Source: Candidatus Omnitrophota bacterium (GTDB lineage: Bacteria > Omnitrophota > Gorgyraeia > JAHJTE01). From it: a DNA stretch of 64,000 nucleotides. The stretch is taken from the NCBI GenBank assembly GCA_040753675.1, contig JBFMEB010000006.1, positions 4,561 to 68,560 of the forward strand. Reading direction: 5' to 3'. The notes under the pieces were generated by a model that ran no database searches, was not told the DNA's origin, and saw only the letters and a list, made by a program, of their open reading frames with translations. This document shows, in pieces, positions 51,086 through 62,360 of this stretch. The position numbers were made by a program, and so were the translations under genes. The stretch's first letter is position 1, and the number at the start of each line of letters is the position of its first letter.

Positions 51086-51321
51086 GCAGACAATTTACGA
51101 AAAGCAGGATCTTTGAGTAAATTGTAGTCCCGACGATACGTCGGGCGTCTGCGAACTTAACCCAGCACTTATTTTACTAAGAAAGCTGGATAATAAAATT
51201 AAGATTTTATTCGAAGAAAATTTATTTTATTTCACATTTAAGCCTGGCAGTAAAATAAGTGCTGGGTCAAATTCGACCAAACAATCCGTCACAAAACTTG
51301 GCGGATTGTGGTCTCATTTGA
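51080..51321. mobile_element. Composite element: GA-mismatch hairpin + 108-bp TIR element + mismatch hairpin
   Basis: TIR 51160-51178 / 51249-51267 identical to those at 10086; fills the whole cdsA-dxr gap. Confidence 0.85.
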
Positions 51322-52475
51322 TGAAGAAAATAGCGATTTTAGGTTCAACCGGAAGTATTGGCAAAAGTGTGCTCTCAGTAATTGAACATTTTCCTGATGA
51401 TTTTTCTGTGGTAGGCTTAACCGCAGCAAGTAATATCAATCTTCTCGCAGCACAAATTAGAAAATTTAAGCCTAGGGTGGCTGCTTGTCTGCATAGGGAT
51501 TTAGGCAAAAAGCTTAAAAGTCAAGTTTCCAGTAAGACAAAGATTTTTTTTGGAGAAGAAAGCCTCAATTTAGTAGCCACCTTAAAAGAAGCTGACCTTA
51601 TCCTGATAGCCATAAGCGGCTTTAGCGCTTTGTATCCTCTACTGGCAGCTATCCAAGCAGGCAAACATATTGCACTGGCTAATAAAGAGGCATTGGTAAG
51701 CGCAGGTTCGTTAATTAGTAAGGAAATTATCAAGCACAAAACCACTTTGATTCCCATTGACAGCGAGCAATGTGCGATTTTTCAGTGCTTAGCAAAAGAG
51801 CCAGCTAAAAAGTTCGTTAAAACTATATACCTTACGGCCAGCGGCGGCCCGCTTTATTTCAAGAAAGATAGAAATTTTAATAAGATAAGCAAGGAAGAAG
51901 TGCTAAGGCATCCCCGTTGGTCCATGGGGAAAAAGATAACCGTTGATTCAGCTACTTTAATGAACAAAGGCCTGGAAGTTATTGAGGCAAAATGGTTATT
52001 CGCAATAAACCCAGATCAAATAAAAGTTTTAATACATCCTCAGGCGATAGTGCATTCAATGGTAGAATTTATTGACGGTTCAATTTTGGCTCAGCTATCT
52101 ATCACCGACATGAAGTTACCAATACAATTTGCTTTAAGCTACCCAAATAGAATTAGTTCGCCTTTTGCCTCTTTGGATTTTAGAAAGTTTGGAACTTTAA
52201 ATTTCTTTGAGCCGGATAATAAACGTTTTCCCTGTCTTTCTTTAGCATATCGAGCGCTTAAGTCTAAGCCGAGCGCGACCACAGTGTTAAACGCAGCCAA
52301 TGAAGAGGCAGTAACTGCATTTTTGACCAATAGGCTGAAATTTTCCGATATTGCAAAGGTCGTAGAAGAGACTTTAGGCAGACACAAACCAATTGATTAT
52401 TTGAGTTTAAAAAATATCGTTGAGATAGATTTTTGGGCGCGCGCAAAATCTAAAGAATTTATAGAAAGGATCTAA
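51321..52475 (+). CDS. dxr: 1-deoxy-D-xylulose-5-phosphate reductoisomerase
   Basis: LGSTGSIG, LANKE, PIDSEQ, HPRWSMG, NKGLE. Confidence 0.96.
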   Translation: MKKIAILGSTGSIGKSVLSVIEHFPDDFSVVGLTAASNINLLAAQIRKFKPRVAACLHRDLGKKLKSQVSSKTKIFFGEESLNLVATLKEADLILIAISGFSALYPLLAAIQAGKHIALANKEALVSAGSLISKEIIKHKTTLIPIDSEQCAIFQCLAKEPAKKFVKTIYLTASGGPLYFKKDRNFNKISKEEVLRHPRWSMGKKITVDSATLMNKGLEVIEAKWLFAINPDQIKVLIHPQAIVHSMVEFIDGSILAQLSITDMKLPIQFALSYPNRISSPFASLDFRKFGTLNFFEPDNKRFPCLSLAYRALKSKPSATTVLNAANEEAVTAFLTNRLKFSDIAKVVEETLGRHKPIDYLSLKNIVEIDFWARAKSKEFIERI

Positions 52476-52478
52476 AAT

Positions 52479-53558
52479 ATGCTTATTTTTCTTGCGGTAT
52501 TAAGTGTGTTAATTCTTATTCATGAATTTGGACATTTTATAGTGGCTCGGCGGTTAGGTATTCGCGTAGAAAGATTTTCTTTAGGTTTTGGTCCAAAATT
52601 GTTCGGTATAAAAGGTAAAGAGACAGAATATGTAATTTGTGCTGTTCCTATCGGTGGATACGTAAAAATGGCAGGCGATAGCCGACAAACAGTTAGAGGA
52701 GAAAAAGATGAATTTCTTTCTCGTCCTGTAGGCCAAAGAGCAAGTATAGTTATTATGGGGCCGATTTTTAATTATATATTATCCTTTTTTTGTTTTTGGG
52801 CTGTTTTCTTTATCGGGTTTCCAGTTTTAACCTCTAAGGTGGGGAGTCTAATTGAAAATATGCCAGCAAAAGAAGCAGGCGTAAAAGTAGGCGATAGAAT
52901 TATTTCCGTGGACGCTACAGCGACTTCTTATTGGGAGGATGTTGCTACAATAATACATGAAAAAAAAGAGGGCGAAATAGTTAACTTGAAAATAGAAAGA
53001 GATAATAAGCAAATAGATATGCGCATAGCACCTGAATTTAAAAAGACAAAAAATTTATTAGGCGAAGAAGTGACTGTTGCCATCATTGGGATAGCTCCAT
53101 CAGAAGAAGCAGTTGAAGTACGATATGGTCTATTAGAATCATTAAAGCTGGGAGCAACGCGATTGATAGATATAACTAGTCTTACCTTTCAGGCTTTGGG
53201 GAGAATGGTTATCGGCGGCCTATCTTTAAGAGAATCAGTAACTGGTCCCTTAGGGATATTTTTTGCTACCACCAGGGCATCTAAATACGGCCTAACTGCA
53301 CTTTTACATCTAGTGGCGGTTTTGGGAGTAAGTTTAGGAGTATTTAATATTCTTCCTGTTCCTTTATTAGACGGAGGCCATCTATTTTTCTTAGCTATTG
53401 AGCGCATAAGAAAAAAACCTTTATCTCTAAAGTTAGAGGAATTACTGAATAAGATAAGCATGTCTTTTTTGCTTTTGCTTGTCTTAGTGGTTTTTTATAA
53501 CGATTTAATCAGATATAGGATATTTGAAAAGATACTAAAATTCTTTTCCTCTTTATAA
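52479..53558 (+). CDS. rseP: RIP metalloprotease RseP
   Basis: HEFGH, PDZ domain, NILPVPLLDGG. Confidence 0.95.
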   Translation: MLIFLAVLSVLILIHEFGHFIVARRLGIRVERFSLGFGPKLFGIKGKETEYVICAVPIGGYVKMAGDSRQTVRGEKDEFLSRPVGQRASIVIMGPIFNYILSFFCFWAVFFIGFPVLTSKVGSLIENMPAKEAGVKVGDRIISVDATATSYWEDVATIIHEKKEGEIVNLKIERDNKQIDMRIAPEFKKTKNLLGEEVTVAIIGIAPSEEAVEVRYGLLESLKLGATRLIDITSLTFQALGRMVIGGLSLRESVTGPLGIFFATTRASKYGLTALLHLVAVLGVSLGVFNILPVPLLDGGHLFFLAIERIRKKPLSLKLEELLNKISMSFLLLLVLVVFYNDLIRYRIFEKILKFFSSL

Positions 53559-53561
53559 CAT

Positions 53562-54629
53562 ATGATAAAAAGACGTAAGACCAGATTAATTATGGTTGGC
53601 AATGTTGCTATTGGTTCGGCCAGGAAAATAATTATTCAATCAATGGCAAAGACCGATACTGCTGATATTGCCACGACTATAAAACAGATACGGGAAGTAG
53701 AGAAAGTTAAAGGCGAGCTAATACGCGTTGCAGTAAAGGACCAAAGCAGTGCAAAGGCAATTGGCGAAATCAAGAGCGCAATAGGTATTCCACTTATTGC
53801 TGATATACATTTTGACTATAGGCTCGCTTTAACGGCAATTGCCTCAGGGGTAGATAAGATTCGCCTAAATCCGGGAAATATCTACAAAGAAAAAGAGGTA
53901 GCCAGCATAGCAGCCGCTGCCAAAGAAAGAAATATCCCTATTCGGGTAGGCGTGAATTCCGGCTCGCTACGCAAAGAAAGCTCAGTAACAGTTAATTCCT
54001 TGGTTAGTTCTGCCTTAGCGTATATTAAATTGTTAGAAAAATACCGTTTCTATGATATTGTTGTATCTTTGAAATCCTCAGACATTTTTCAAACCGTGCA
54101 AGCGAACAAAAAAATTGCCTCGATAATTGATTATCCTTTGCATTTGGGAGTTACCGCAACTGGTTTTGCAGATATCGGGTTTGTAAAATCTGCTATTTGT
54201 TTAGGTATGTTGCTTAGCGATGGAATCGGTGATACAATTAGAGTATCTTTGACCGCCCATCCTTGTGAAGAGGTAATAGCAGCTAAAAAGATTCTGGCTG
54301 CTTTAGATATAAATAATCCTATTGAATTAATCGCCTGTCCGACTTGCGGCCGATGCCAGGTGGACTTAACTGGCATGGTAAGCGATTTAGAGGTGGTTAT
54401 TAAACATCTTGATTTAAACAAGTTGGCAGCAGGCCCCTTGAAGGTCGCCATAATGGGTTGTGTAGTAAATGGCCCGGGCGAAGCCAGATGGGCTGATTTA
54501 GGCTTGGCTTTTGGTAAAGATTACGGTCTTTTTTTTAAAAAAGGCAAACCAATAAAGAAGGTTAATCAAAAACAAGCTGTTAGGTTTTTAATCACTGAGA
54601 TTAGAAAGACATTAAAGCCAACACACTAG
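53562..54629 (+). CDS. ispG: HMBPP synthase
   Basis: IADIHF, RLNPGN, CPTCGR, MGCVVNGPGE. Confidence 0.96.
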   Translation: MIKRRKTRLIMVGNVAIGSARKIIIQSMAKTDTADIATTIKQIREVEKVKGELIRVAVKDQSSAKAIGEIKSAIGIPLIADIHFDYRLALTAIASGVDKIRLNPGNIYKEKEVASIAAAAKERNIPIRVGVNSGSLRKESSVTVNSLVSSALAYIKLLEKYRFYDIVVSLKSSDIFQTVQANKKIASIIDYPLHLGVTATGFADIGFVKSAICLGMLLSDGIGDTIRVSLTAHPCEEVIAAKKILAALDINNPIELIACPTCGRCQVDLTGMVSDLEVVIKHLDLNKLAAGPLKVAIMGCVVNGPGEARWADLGLAFGKDYGLFFKKGKPIKKVNQKQAVRFLITEIRKTLKPTH

Positions 54630-54638
54630 GAGGATTAG

Positions 54639-55898
54639 ATGCTTGAACAACTCAGGGCAAGAATAAGGAAATCACTGCTTGCACATAAAGATCTTCTCCT
54701 TAAGAAGGATGAGCTAAAAAGAGAACAGTTAAAGAAAACTATTGATTCGATTATTAAAGAAGCAGCCAGTCGTGAGAGAGTAGACTTAGATGAGGCAGCA
54801 CATAATAGGTTATTAGAGGAAGTTCTCAATGAATTAATTAGCTTAGGTCCTTTACAGGATTTAATGGATGATGATACTGTTACTGAGATAATGGTTAACG
54901 GCCCAGACAAAGTATATGCGGAAAAAAACGGCTCTATGATTTTAACCGATGTCAAATTTCGCGATGAGGCACATTTAATGCACACAATTGAGAAATTGAT
55001 TGCCCCTTCTGGCAGACGAGTAGACGAATCAAGCCCCTTTGTTGACTTTTCATTTGTTGACGGCTCTCGGATAAATATCATAATTCCTCCAGTTTCTTTA
55101 GTGGGACCGGTTATAACTATCCGTAAATTTTCACCTGAAATTGCAAAGGTCGAAGATCTCCTACGTTTAAACACTTTAGATAAGCGTATGTCAGATTTTT
55201 TGGTAGCCACTATCAAAGCCAAGGCAAATTTAGTATTTTCCGGCGCAACCGGAGTTGGAAAGACCACAACGTTAAATGTATTATCTTCATATATCTCTAA
55301 TCAAGAACGCATAGTCAGCATTGAGGATACGGCAGAGTTACGGCTTAAGCAGGAACATGTGGTACGTTTAGAAAGCCGGCCACCCAATATAGAAGGTAAA
55401 GGCGATATCCAGATTCGTGACCTGTTTAGGAATTCCTTGAGGATGCGTCCGGACCGAATAATCTTAGGAGAGATCAGAGCTTCGGAAGCCTTAGACTTAA
55501 TCCAGGCAATTTCCAGCGGCCATTCTGGATCTTTAGCAGTAATTCACGCCAGCTCTCCTTCAGATTGCCTCTACAGGATGGAGATGATGATCTTAATGAG
55601 TGGGATATCCTTGCCTTCGTGGGTAATTAGGAAAAACATTGCAAATGCAATTGATATAATTGTGCAGATGGCACAATTTGACGATGGCAGTAGAAAAATC
55701 ACCGCAATCACCGAGGTGCATGATATTGAAGGCAGAGAAGATATTGAGTTGGTAGATTTGTTTATTTTTGACCATCAAGGATACGATGACAAAGGAAGGG
55801 TCTTAGGCTCGTTTAAGGCATGCGGCAACATGCCTGAGATTTATGAAAAGCTCAAGTTACTAAAAATAAATTTAGACCCTAATATTTTTAAGGAATAA
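54639..55898 (+). CDS. cpaF: CpaF/TadA-family pilus ATPase
   Basis: LGPL..TEIMVNG, GATGVGKTT, IEDTAEL, LRMRPDRIILGE. Confidence 0.9.
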   Translation: MLEQLRARIRKSLLAHKDLLLKKDELKREQLKKTIDSIIKEAASRERVDLDEAAHNRLLEEVLNELISLGPLQDLMDDDTVTEIMVNGPDKVYAEKNGSMILTDVKFRDEAHLMHTIEKLIAPSGRRVDESSPFVDFSFVDGSRINIIIPPVSLVGPVITIRKFSPEIAKVEDLLRLNTLDKRMSDFLVATIKAKANLVFSGATGVGKTTTLNVLSSYISNQERIVSIEDTAELRLKQEHVVRLESRPPNIEGKGDIQIRDLFRNSLRMRPDRIILGEIRASEALDLIQAISSGHSGSLAVIHASSPSDCLYRMEMMILMSGISLPSWVIRKNIANAIDIIVQMAQFDDGSRKITAITEVHDIEGREDIELVDLFIFDHQGYDDKGRVLGSFKACGNMPEIYEKLKLLKINLDPNIFKE

Positions 55899-57148
55899 TG
55901 ATGCGGTTTTCAAATGCCTTTATCCCTACTCTAAAAGAGTCTTCCCAAGAGACAGATTCAATAAGCCATGCCCTGATGTTACGCGCTGGCCTTATTCGCA
56001 TGCTTACTTCTGGAGTATATATTTATTTACCGCTGGGTTGGAGGGTATTAAAAAAAATACAGGATGTTATCCGCAGCGAATTAGACAAGGTAGGGGCTCA
56101 GGAGTTATTGTTGCCTGCATTACAACCTTTAGAGCTGTGGAAGCTAACTGGCAGAGATAAGGATTTAGGCCAGACGCTCATTTGCTTTACTGATAGAAAG
56201 AACAGAAAATTATGCTTAGGTCCGACTCATGAAGAGGTTATTACTGATTTAGTTAAAAATAATATCTCTTCTTACCGGCAAATGCCTTTGATTCTGTATC
56301 AAATACAGACTAAATTCCGTGATGAGCTGCGTCCTCGGGGCGGATTGATGCGTAGCTGTGAATTTATTATGAAAGATGCATATAGCTTTGATATTGACGA
56401 AGCAAGTTTAGATAAAAATTATCAGCTGATGTGCGATTGTTATAATAAAATATTCAGCCTTTTGGGGCTTAATTCAGTAAGGTTAGAAGCTGACCCTGGA
56501 GTTATCGGCGGCAGCGAGTCTCATGAATTTATGGTATTTTCAGAAAACGGTGAGGATAAATTGCACTATTGCCCATCTTGCAAAAAAACCTTCAGCTTTA
56601 AAGAAGGGCAGAGTTCATGTCTTAAATGTAAGAAAGATTTAATCCTTAAGAACGCCATTGAACTTGCGCATACCTTTAAACTAGGGATGAAATATTCAAA
56701 GGTTCAGTCAGCCACATTTTTAAATGAAAAAGGAAAACGCCAGCCCGTTATCATGGGCTGTTATGGTATCGGAGTAAGCAGGCTGCTGCCAGCGATAATT
56801 GACCAGCATCATGATGAAAAAGGCATAATCTGGCCAAAAGAAGTCTCCCCATTTGATGTAGGTATAGCCGTAGTTGAATTCTCAAAACCAAAAGCATTAG
56901 AATTAGCAGATAAATTGTCTTCTCGCATTGAGTCATTGGGTAAATCTGTTCTTCTGGATGACCGTGATATTCGCGCAGGAGTAAAATTTAATGACCTTGA
57001 TTTAATCGGTATTCCTTTAAGGATTATTATTGGCAAGCATTGGCTGGAAAACGGAGATTTGGAAATAATCTTTAGAAAAGATAAATCAAAAACAATTAAG
57101 ATAAAAGAACAAGAAGTAGAAGAAAAAATAAAGACCTTACTATCATGA
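55898..57148 (+). CDS. proS: Prolyl-tRNA synthetase (short form without editing domain)
   Basis: LGPTHEE, FRDELRPR, MKDAYSF, GCYGIG; 416 aa. Confidence 0.95.
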   Translation: MMRFSNAFIPTLKESSQETDSISHALMLRAGLIRMLTSGVYIYLPLGWRVLKKIQDVIRSELDKVGAQELLLPALQPLELWKLTGRDKDLGQTLICFTDRKNRKLCLGPTHEEVITDLVKNNISSYRQMPLILYQIQTKFRDELRPRGGLMRSCEFIMKDAYSFDIDEASLDKNYQLMCDCYNKIFSLLGLNSVRLEADPGVIGGSESHEFMVFSENGEDKLHYCPSCKKTFSFKEGQSSCLKCKKDLILKNAIELAHTFKLGMKYSKVQSATFLNEKGKRQPVIMGCYGIGVSRLLPAIIDQHHDEKGIIWPKEVSPFDVGIAVVEFSKPKALELADKLSSRIESLGKSVLLDDRDIRAGVKFNDLDLIGIPLRIIIGKHWLENGDLEIIFRKDKSKTIKIKEQEVEEKIKTLLS

Positions 57149-57597
57149 TACAATTGCCTCAAGATTTAACCAAAAAAATAGAAGACTTGATTACACAAGC
57201 TGGCTTTATAATCTTTGATTTTAGAATACTTACTTGCGGACGGACTAAGACCTTAAAGATTTTGATTGATGCTCCAAACGGAGGAATCGGCCTTAATGAA
57301 TGCACCCAGATTAATCGCCAATTGAGCGAGTTGCTTGAAAAAGAAGACTTTTTTAAAGACAGGTATATTGTTGAAGTTTCTTCTCCAGGGGTGGATTGGC
57401 CGCTTAAAGAAAGAAAAGATTTTCAGCGTGTACTCTCCCGGTTGATTCATCTGTATTTTAAAGAGCAATTTGCACAAAAAACAGAATTAATCGGGATTTT
57501 AGAAGAAGTAAAAGATGATTCGTTAATTTTGAGCGTTGAAGGCAAAAGCATAGAGATAAAACTTAATATCATTAGTAAGGCAAGAGAGGAAATGTAA
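57145..57597 (+). CDS. rimP: Ribosome maturation factor RimP
   Basis: EVSSPG; position before nusA. Confidence 0.9.
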   Translation: MIQLPQDLTKKIEDLITQAGFIIFDFRILTCGRTKTLKILIDAPNGGIGLNECTQINRQLSELLEKEDFFKDRYIVEVSSPGVDWPLKERKDFQRVLSRLIHLYFKEQFAQKTELIGILEEVKDDSLILSVEGKSIEIKLNIISKAREEM

Positions 57598-57705
57598 CCG
57601 CAAAGGCGCAAAAGAAAGCAAAAAATACCGCAAAGGCACAAAAGAAAATCTTTGCGGTATTTAGCGGTATCAGGAATTTTAGAAGGATTTTTGCGTTTTA
57701 GCGAT
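57598..57705. repeat. Empty periodic palindromic element (CGCAAAG/CTTTGCG family)
   Basis: ccgcaaaggcgcaaaa..ccgcaaaggcacaaaa / ctttgcggtatttagcgg..tttgcgttttagcg; perfect inner stem aataccgcaaag/ctttgcggtatt. Confidence 0.75.
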
Positions 57706-57723
57706 AAAAAAGGTGAAGATAAA

Positions 57724-58920
57724 ATGAATGGAGAGATATTAGCTGTATTAGAGCATATAGAGCGCGAAAAAGGAATTAATAAAGAAGTTTTAATTGCTGC
57801 CGTGGAATCGGCTTTAGCTACTGCAGCGAGAAAATCAATCGGGGTAGCCCATACGCCGGGCGAGGACATCAAAGTTAAGTTAGATCCTGAGACTGGTAAG
57901 ATTAGCGTATATGTGGGTAAGGAGAAAGTGAATTCTGAAAATTTCGGCAGAATTGCCGCTCAGACAGCAAAGCAGGTAATAATTCAAAAAATCCGTGAGG
58001 CAGAAAAGGATGTAATATTCAATGAATTCCATAATAAGATAGGAGATATTGTCACTGGTACAGTATATAGATTTGATAAAGGCAGTATTATTGTTGATTT
58101 ATTAGGAAAGGCAGAAGGATTACTGCCTAAGAGTGAACAGTCTTCCAAAGAAGAATTTAGGCAAGGTCAGCGCATTTGCGCATTTTTACTCGATGTGCGG
58201 CGTGAATCCAAAGGGCCTCAGATAATACTCTCGCGCACAAATCCTAATTTAGTGCGCAAACTTTTTGAGTTAGAAGTTCCTGAAATCTACGAAGGGATTG
58301 TTGAGATTAAGGCGATTGCCCGCGAGCCCGGCGAGAGGACAAAAATTGCCGTATGGAGCAAGGATGAAAAGGTTGATTCAGTGGGTGCCTGTGTGGGGAT
58401 GCGCGGCAATCGAGTTAAGAATATAGTAACTGAACTGCACGGAGAAAAGATTGATATTGTTCGTTGGTCGTCTGACAGCGAAAGTTATATTTCCGCTGCT
58501 TTAAGCCCTGCCCAGATAAGCCAAATTAAATTTGAGAAAGACTCTCAGAAAGTAGAGATAATTGTTGAGAAAGACCAACTTTCTTTGGCAATAGGAAAGT
58601 TCGGGCAAAATGTACGGCTGGCAAGCAAGTTGACAGGTTGGAATATAGATATCCGCACCAAAGAGATGTTAGAACAAAAAGAGGCGAAGGCTAAGGAGGC
58701 TAAAGAAGAAACAAAGGAAATTACTGTTCAATCTGATATAATGACACTGAAAGGCGTAGGAGAAAAGTTGGCAGCCCTCTTGATAGATGCCGGCTTTAAA
58801 ACAATAGAATCCATAGCAAATGCTGATGTCGAAGGGTTGGTAAAGATTAAAGGCGTAGGAAATAAAAAGGGAGAAAATCTGATTAAAGAAGCGAAAAAAC
58901 AAACCAAAGGAAAAAGGTAG
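57724..58920 (+). CDS. nusA: Transcription factor NusA
   Basis: FGRIAAQTAKQ, S1/KH domains, AIGKFGQNVRLA, HhH tail; true start is probably MNGE. Confidence 0.96.
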   Translation: MNGEILAVLEHIEREKGINKEVLIAAVESALATAARKSIGVAHTPGEDIKVKLDPETGKISVYVGKEKVNSENFGRIAAQTAKQVIIQKIREAEKDVIFNEFHNKIGDIVTGTVYRFDKGSIIVDLLGKAEGLLPKSEQSSKEEFRQGQRICAFLLDVRRESKGPQIILSRTNPNLVRKLFELEVPEIYEGIVEIKAIAREPGERTKIAVWSKDEKVDSVGACVGMRGNRVKNIVTELHGEKIDIVRWSSDSESYISAALSPAQISQIKFEKDSQKVEIIVEKDQLSLAIGKFGQNVRLASKLTGWNIDIRTKEMLEQKEAKAKEAKEETKEITVQSDIMTLKGVGEKLAALLIDAGFKTIESIANADVEGLVKIKGVGNKKGENLIKEAKKQTKGKR

Positions 58921-58935
58921 ATTCTTTAAATTAAT

Positions 58936-61113
58936 ATGAAAGTTCATGAATTAGCAAAAGAATTAGAAACAACTTCAAGCGAGCTTATTAAGACCTTAGC
59001 CTCATTAGGGATTAAAGCTAAAGATCATCTGAGTACGCTTACTGAAGCTAATGTTAAGAAAGCGCGTTTGAAATTTAAGTCCGCTCTTAAATCTAAGGCA
59101 AAAGAGGCGGCAAAGAAAACCAAGAAGAAAATAACAGTTAGTAAGGTAGTCAAAAAGAAAAAGAAAGAGAAAAAACCAAAAGAAAAGCCTTCTAAAAAAG
59201 TAAAAGAAACTCCCAAGACAGTTTCTTCCACTATAACTCCAATAAAGCCTGCGGCAGAAGTCGTCGTAGCAGAGCGCCCTCCTGTTAGCCCAAAAAAAGA
59301 AAAACCTATAATTGAAATTAAAGAAGAACGCATAGAAGAGCCTAAGAAGAAAGCAGAAAAACTTACTGAGGTTGAAGTAGGATTTCCTATCAATGTTAAA
59401 GATTTGGCGGTGAAGATTAATCAAAAAACCTCTCTCTTAATAAAGAATTTGATGGATAGGAAAGTATTTGTTACCATTAATCAGTCATTAAAAGATGAGG
59501 TTGCTAAAGAGTTAGCACATGATTTTGGATACGAATTGAAGCCGGCTCCGACGCGGGAAGAGAAATTATTAGCCGAACATCTTTCCCTTTCAACTAAGGA
59601 TTTAAAACCACGCCATCCGGTAGTAACTTTTATGGGACACGTTGACCACGGTAAGACTTCGATACTTGATTATATACGTAAATCAAAATTGGCTGATAAG
59701 GAACATGGTGGCATTACTCAGCATATCGGAGCATACGGCGTTACTTTGCCGAAAGGAAAAATTACGTTTCTGGATACTCCGGGCCACGAGGCATTCACTG
59801 CTATGCGGGCTCGCGGAGCTAACGTAACTGATATAGTTGTTTTGGTGGTAGCGGCAGATGACGGAGTCATGCCACAAACAATTGAGGCGATAAATCATGC
59901 TAAGGCAGCTAATGTGCCGATAGTGATTGCTATAAACAAAGCAGATAAAGCGCCTGAGAATGTGGATAACGTAAAGAGGCAGCTTATTAAATATGAACTA
60001 ACTGCAGAGGATTTGGGCGGTAAAACCATTACGGTTGCTGTTTCAGCCAAGACCGGCCAGGGAATTGACGAACTCTTAGAACTAATTCTTTTGGAAGCCG
60101 AACTTCTGGAATTAAAGGCTGATTTTTCAAAACCAGCGAATGGGGTAGTCGTTGAGTCGAATTTAAGTAAAGGCAGAGGAGTTGAAGTTACTGTCCTTGT
60201 CCAGCAAGGGGTTTTGCACCTGGGAGATACCATTTTAATTGAAGAGTATTGTGGTAACGTCAAGGCAATGTTTGACAGTTTAGGCAGGAATGTCTCACAG
60301 GCAGAGCCGGCAACAGCAGTAAAGATATTGGGTTTACCAGGGGTACCGCAGGCAGGCGAGAAATTCTATGTTGTTGCTGATGAAAAAATAGCCAGAGAAA
60401 TAGCCGAAAAGCGGCGCCAGATAAAACAAAAACAAAAGACAGCAAGCCGCGCCCATATTACGTTAGAAGATTTGCATAAGAGAATACAGGAAGGCAAGGT
60501 CAAGGAATTGCCTATAATTCTAAAGGCAGATGTCCAGGGTTCTGTAGAAGCATTGGCAGATTCTTTAAAACAGTTATCCACTGAAGAGGTCAAAATTACT
60601 ATAATTCATGCCGGCGTAGGAGAGATAAATTCTTCTGATGTAGTCCTGGCAGCTGCCTCTGACGCAATAATTATCGGCTTTCACGTTGAGCCTGATTCGA
60701 GGACAAAAGAATTCGCCCAGAAGGAGGGGGTTGAAATAAGGACTTACCGTATCATCTATGAGGCGATCCAGGAACTCAAAGCTGCATTGGAAGGCCTCTT
60801 AGAGCCGACAATTAGAAGAAAACTTATCGGTAGGATTTTAGTAAAAAAGATGTTTAATCTTACTAAGGCAGGCAAGGTAGCAGGTTGTTTTGTGCAAAAA
60901 GGAAAGGTGAGCCGTTCTAATATGGTAACTGTTTTAAGAAACGGCGAAAAGATTTTTGAAGGAAAAATTTCTAATTTAAAACGTTTTAAAGACGATGTGC
61001 GCGAAGTTGCCGAAAATATGGAGTGCGGAATTTCCTTAAGCGGATTTTCCGATATCCAAGAAGGAGACATTGTCGAGGCATTTGAGGAGGAGAGGATAGC
61101 ACGTAAACTTTGA
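58936..61113 (+). CDS. infB: Translation initiation factor IF-2
   Basis: [25 protein letters not shown]. Confidence 0.97.
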   Translation: MKVHELAKELETTSSELIKTLASLGIKAKDHLSTLTEANVKKARLKFKSALKSKAKEAAKKTKKKITVSKVVKKKKKEKKPKEKPSKKVKETPKTVSSTITPIKPAAEVVVAERPPVSPKKEKPIIEIKEERIEEPKKKAEKLTEVEVGFPINVKDLAVKINQKTSLLIKNLMDRKVFVTINQSLKDEVAKELAHDFGYELKPAPTREEKLLAEHLSLSTKDLKPRHPVVTFMGHVDHGKTSILDYIRKSKLADKEHGGITQHIGAYGVTLPKGKITFLDTPGHEAFTAMRARGANVTDIVVLVVAADDGVMPQTIEAINHAKAANVPIVIAINKADKAPENVDNVKRQLIKYELTAEDLGGKTITVAVSAKTGQGIDELLELILLEAELLELKADFSKPANGVVVESNLSKGRGVEVTVLVQQGVLHLGDTILIEEYCGNVKAMFDSLGRNVSQAEPATAVKILGLPGVPQAGEKFYVVADEKIAREIAEKRRQIKQKQKTASRAHITLEDLHKRIQEGKVKELPIILKADVQGSVEALADSLKQLSTEEVKITIIHAGVGEINSSDVVLAAASDAIIIGFHVEPDSRTKEFAQKEGVEIRTYRIIYEAIQELKAALEGLLEPTIRRKLIGRILVKKMFNLTKAGKVAGCFVQKGKVSRSNMVTVLRNGEKIFEGKISNLKRFKDDVREVAENMECGISLSGFSDIQEGDIVEAFEEERIARKL

Positions 61114-61164
61114 AGCACAGATTAGCGCAGATTGTTTCTTAAGTAGCAAATAGAAAGAATTCTT

Positions 61165-61309
61165 AAATTCCAATATACAATTACCAAATTCCAAACAATT
61201 TTACAATATCAAAATTACAATGACCAAAATAGAAAATCCTTAAGCTTTTTGTCTAGAATATTGGAATTTGGAATTTGTTTGTGATTTGTAATTTGGAATT
61301 TGTGATTTT
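61165..61309. repeat. Empty heptad-periodic palindromic element (ATTCCAA/TTGGAAT family)
   Basis: attccaatatacaattaccaaattccaaac..caatatcaaaattacaatgaccaaaa / ttggaatttggaatttgtttgtgatttgtaatttggaatttgtgatttt. Confidence 0.85.
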
Positions 61310-61376
61310 GAGCTTTTCTTGCTACTCGTTGCTCGCTACTCTCTATTTTAAATAGTATATAAATAATTTTAAAAAC

Positions 61377-62360
61377 ATGATTAAGCAAAGAATACTGAGT
61401 GGGATGCGGCCGACAGGTAAGCTTCACTTGGGCCATCTTGCTGGTGCGTTAGACAATTGGGTGAAGTTACAGAATACTTATGAGTGTTTTTTTATGGTCG
61501 CTGATTGGCATGCCTTAATGAGCGAATATGAGGATACCTCTAAGATTAAAGGCAATATAATCGATAATGTTGCTGATTGGCTTAGCGTAGGAATAGACCC
61601 TGAGATTTCCACTATTTTTATCCAGTCTTGCATTAAAGAGCATCTTGAGTTAGGCATGATTTTTTCCTGCATTATTCCTTTGAGTTGGTTGGAAAGAATA
61701 CCTACTTATAAAGAGCAATTAAAAGAAATTAAAAACCGCGATATACATACCTATGGATTTTTGGGCTATCCCGTATTACAGGCTGCCGATATCTTAGTTT
61801 ATAATGCTGATGCTGTTCCAGTAGGGCTTGATCAATTGCCGCATTTAGAACTTACCCGCGAGATAAGCAGGCGTTTTAATCATATCTATAAAAAAGAGGT
61901 TTTTAAAGAGCCACTGGATATCTTGACGAAAAGCCCAAAGTTATTAGGTATTGACGGCAGGAAAATGAGCAAAAGTTATGATAATACAGTTAACCTTTCT
62001 GATAGCCCGGATACGATAAAGCATAAAGTGCTACAGATGATTACTGATCCGGCGCGTATACATAAATCTGACCCAGGACATCCTCAGCGCTGCAGCGTCC
62101 ATTCTTACTATGAAGTATTTTTCCCAGATTATGCTCCGACGGTTTCTGATTACTGTAAGAAAGCTTTAGTCGGTTGCAGGCAATGTAAGGAAGATTTAGC
62201 TAAGCGGCTAAATGAATTGCTTAAACCGATTAGAGAAAAAAGAAAAGCGTTGCTTTTAGATAGGGACAGAATAGAGAAAATTATAGAAAAAGGCAACGAA
62301 AGGGCACAGGCAGCAGCCAGCCAAGTAATGAAGACAGTCAAAGAAGTGGTAGGAATATGA
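61377..62360 (+). CDS. trpS: Tryptophanyl-tRNA synthetase
   Basis: SGMRPTGKLHLGH, YPVLQAADIL, KMSKS. Confidence 0.96.
   Translation: MIKQRILSGMRPTGKLHLGHLAGALDNWVKLQNTYECFFMVADWHALMSEYEDTSKIKGNIIDNVADWLSVGIDPEISTIFIQSCIKEHLELGMIFSCIIPLSWLERIPTYKEQLKEIKNRDIHTYGFLGYPVLQAADILVYNADAVPVGLDQLPHLELTREISRRFNHIYKKEVFKEPLDILTKSPKLLGIDGRKMSKSYDNTVNLSDSPDTIKHKVLQMITDPARIHKSDPGHPQRCSVHSYYEVFFPDYAPTVSDYCKKALVGCRQCKEDLAKRLNELLKPIREKRKALLLDRDRIEKIIEKGNERAQAAASQVMKTVKEVVGI

Noticed and set aside
57652-57723. N-terminal extension of NusA in the ORF track
   Set aside because: Arises from a TTG in the palindromic element; ATG 57724 has an SD-like AAGGTG
59005-60593. Several - strand ORFs opposite infB, and similar ones opposite other genes
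   Set aside because: Antisense shadows with no recognisable motifs
61215-61436. - strand ORF with QNHKFQITNHKQIPNSN
   Set aside because: Translation product of the heptad repeat arm
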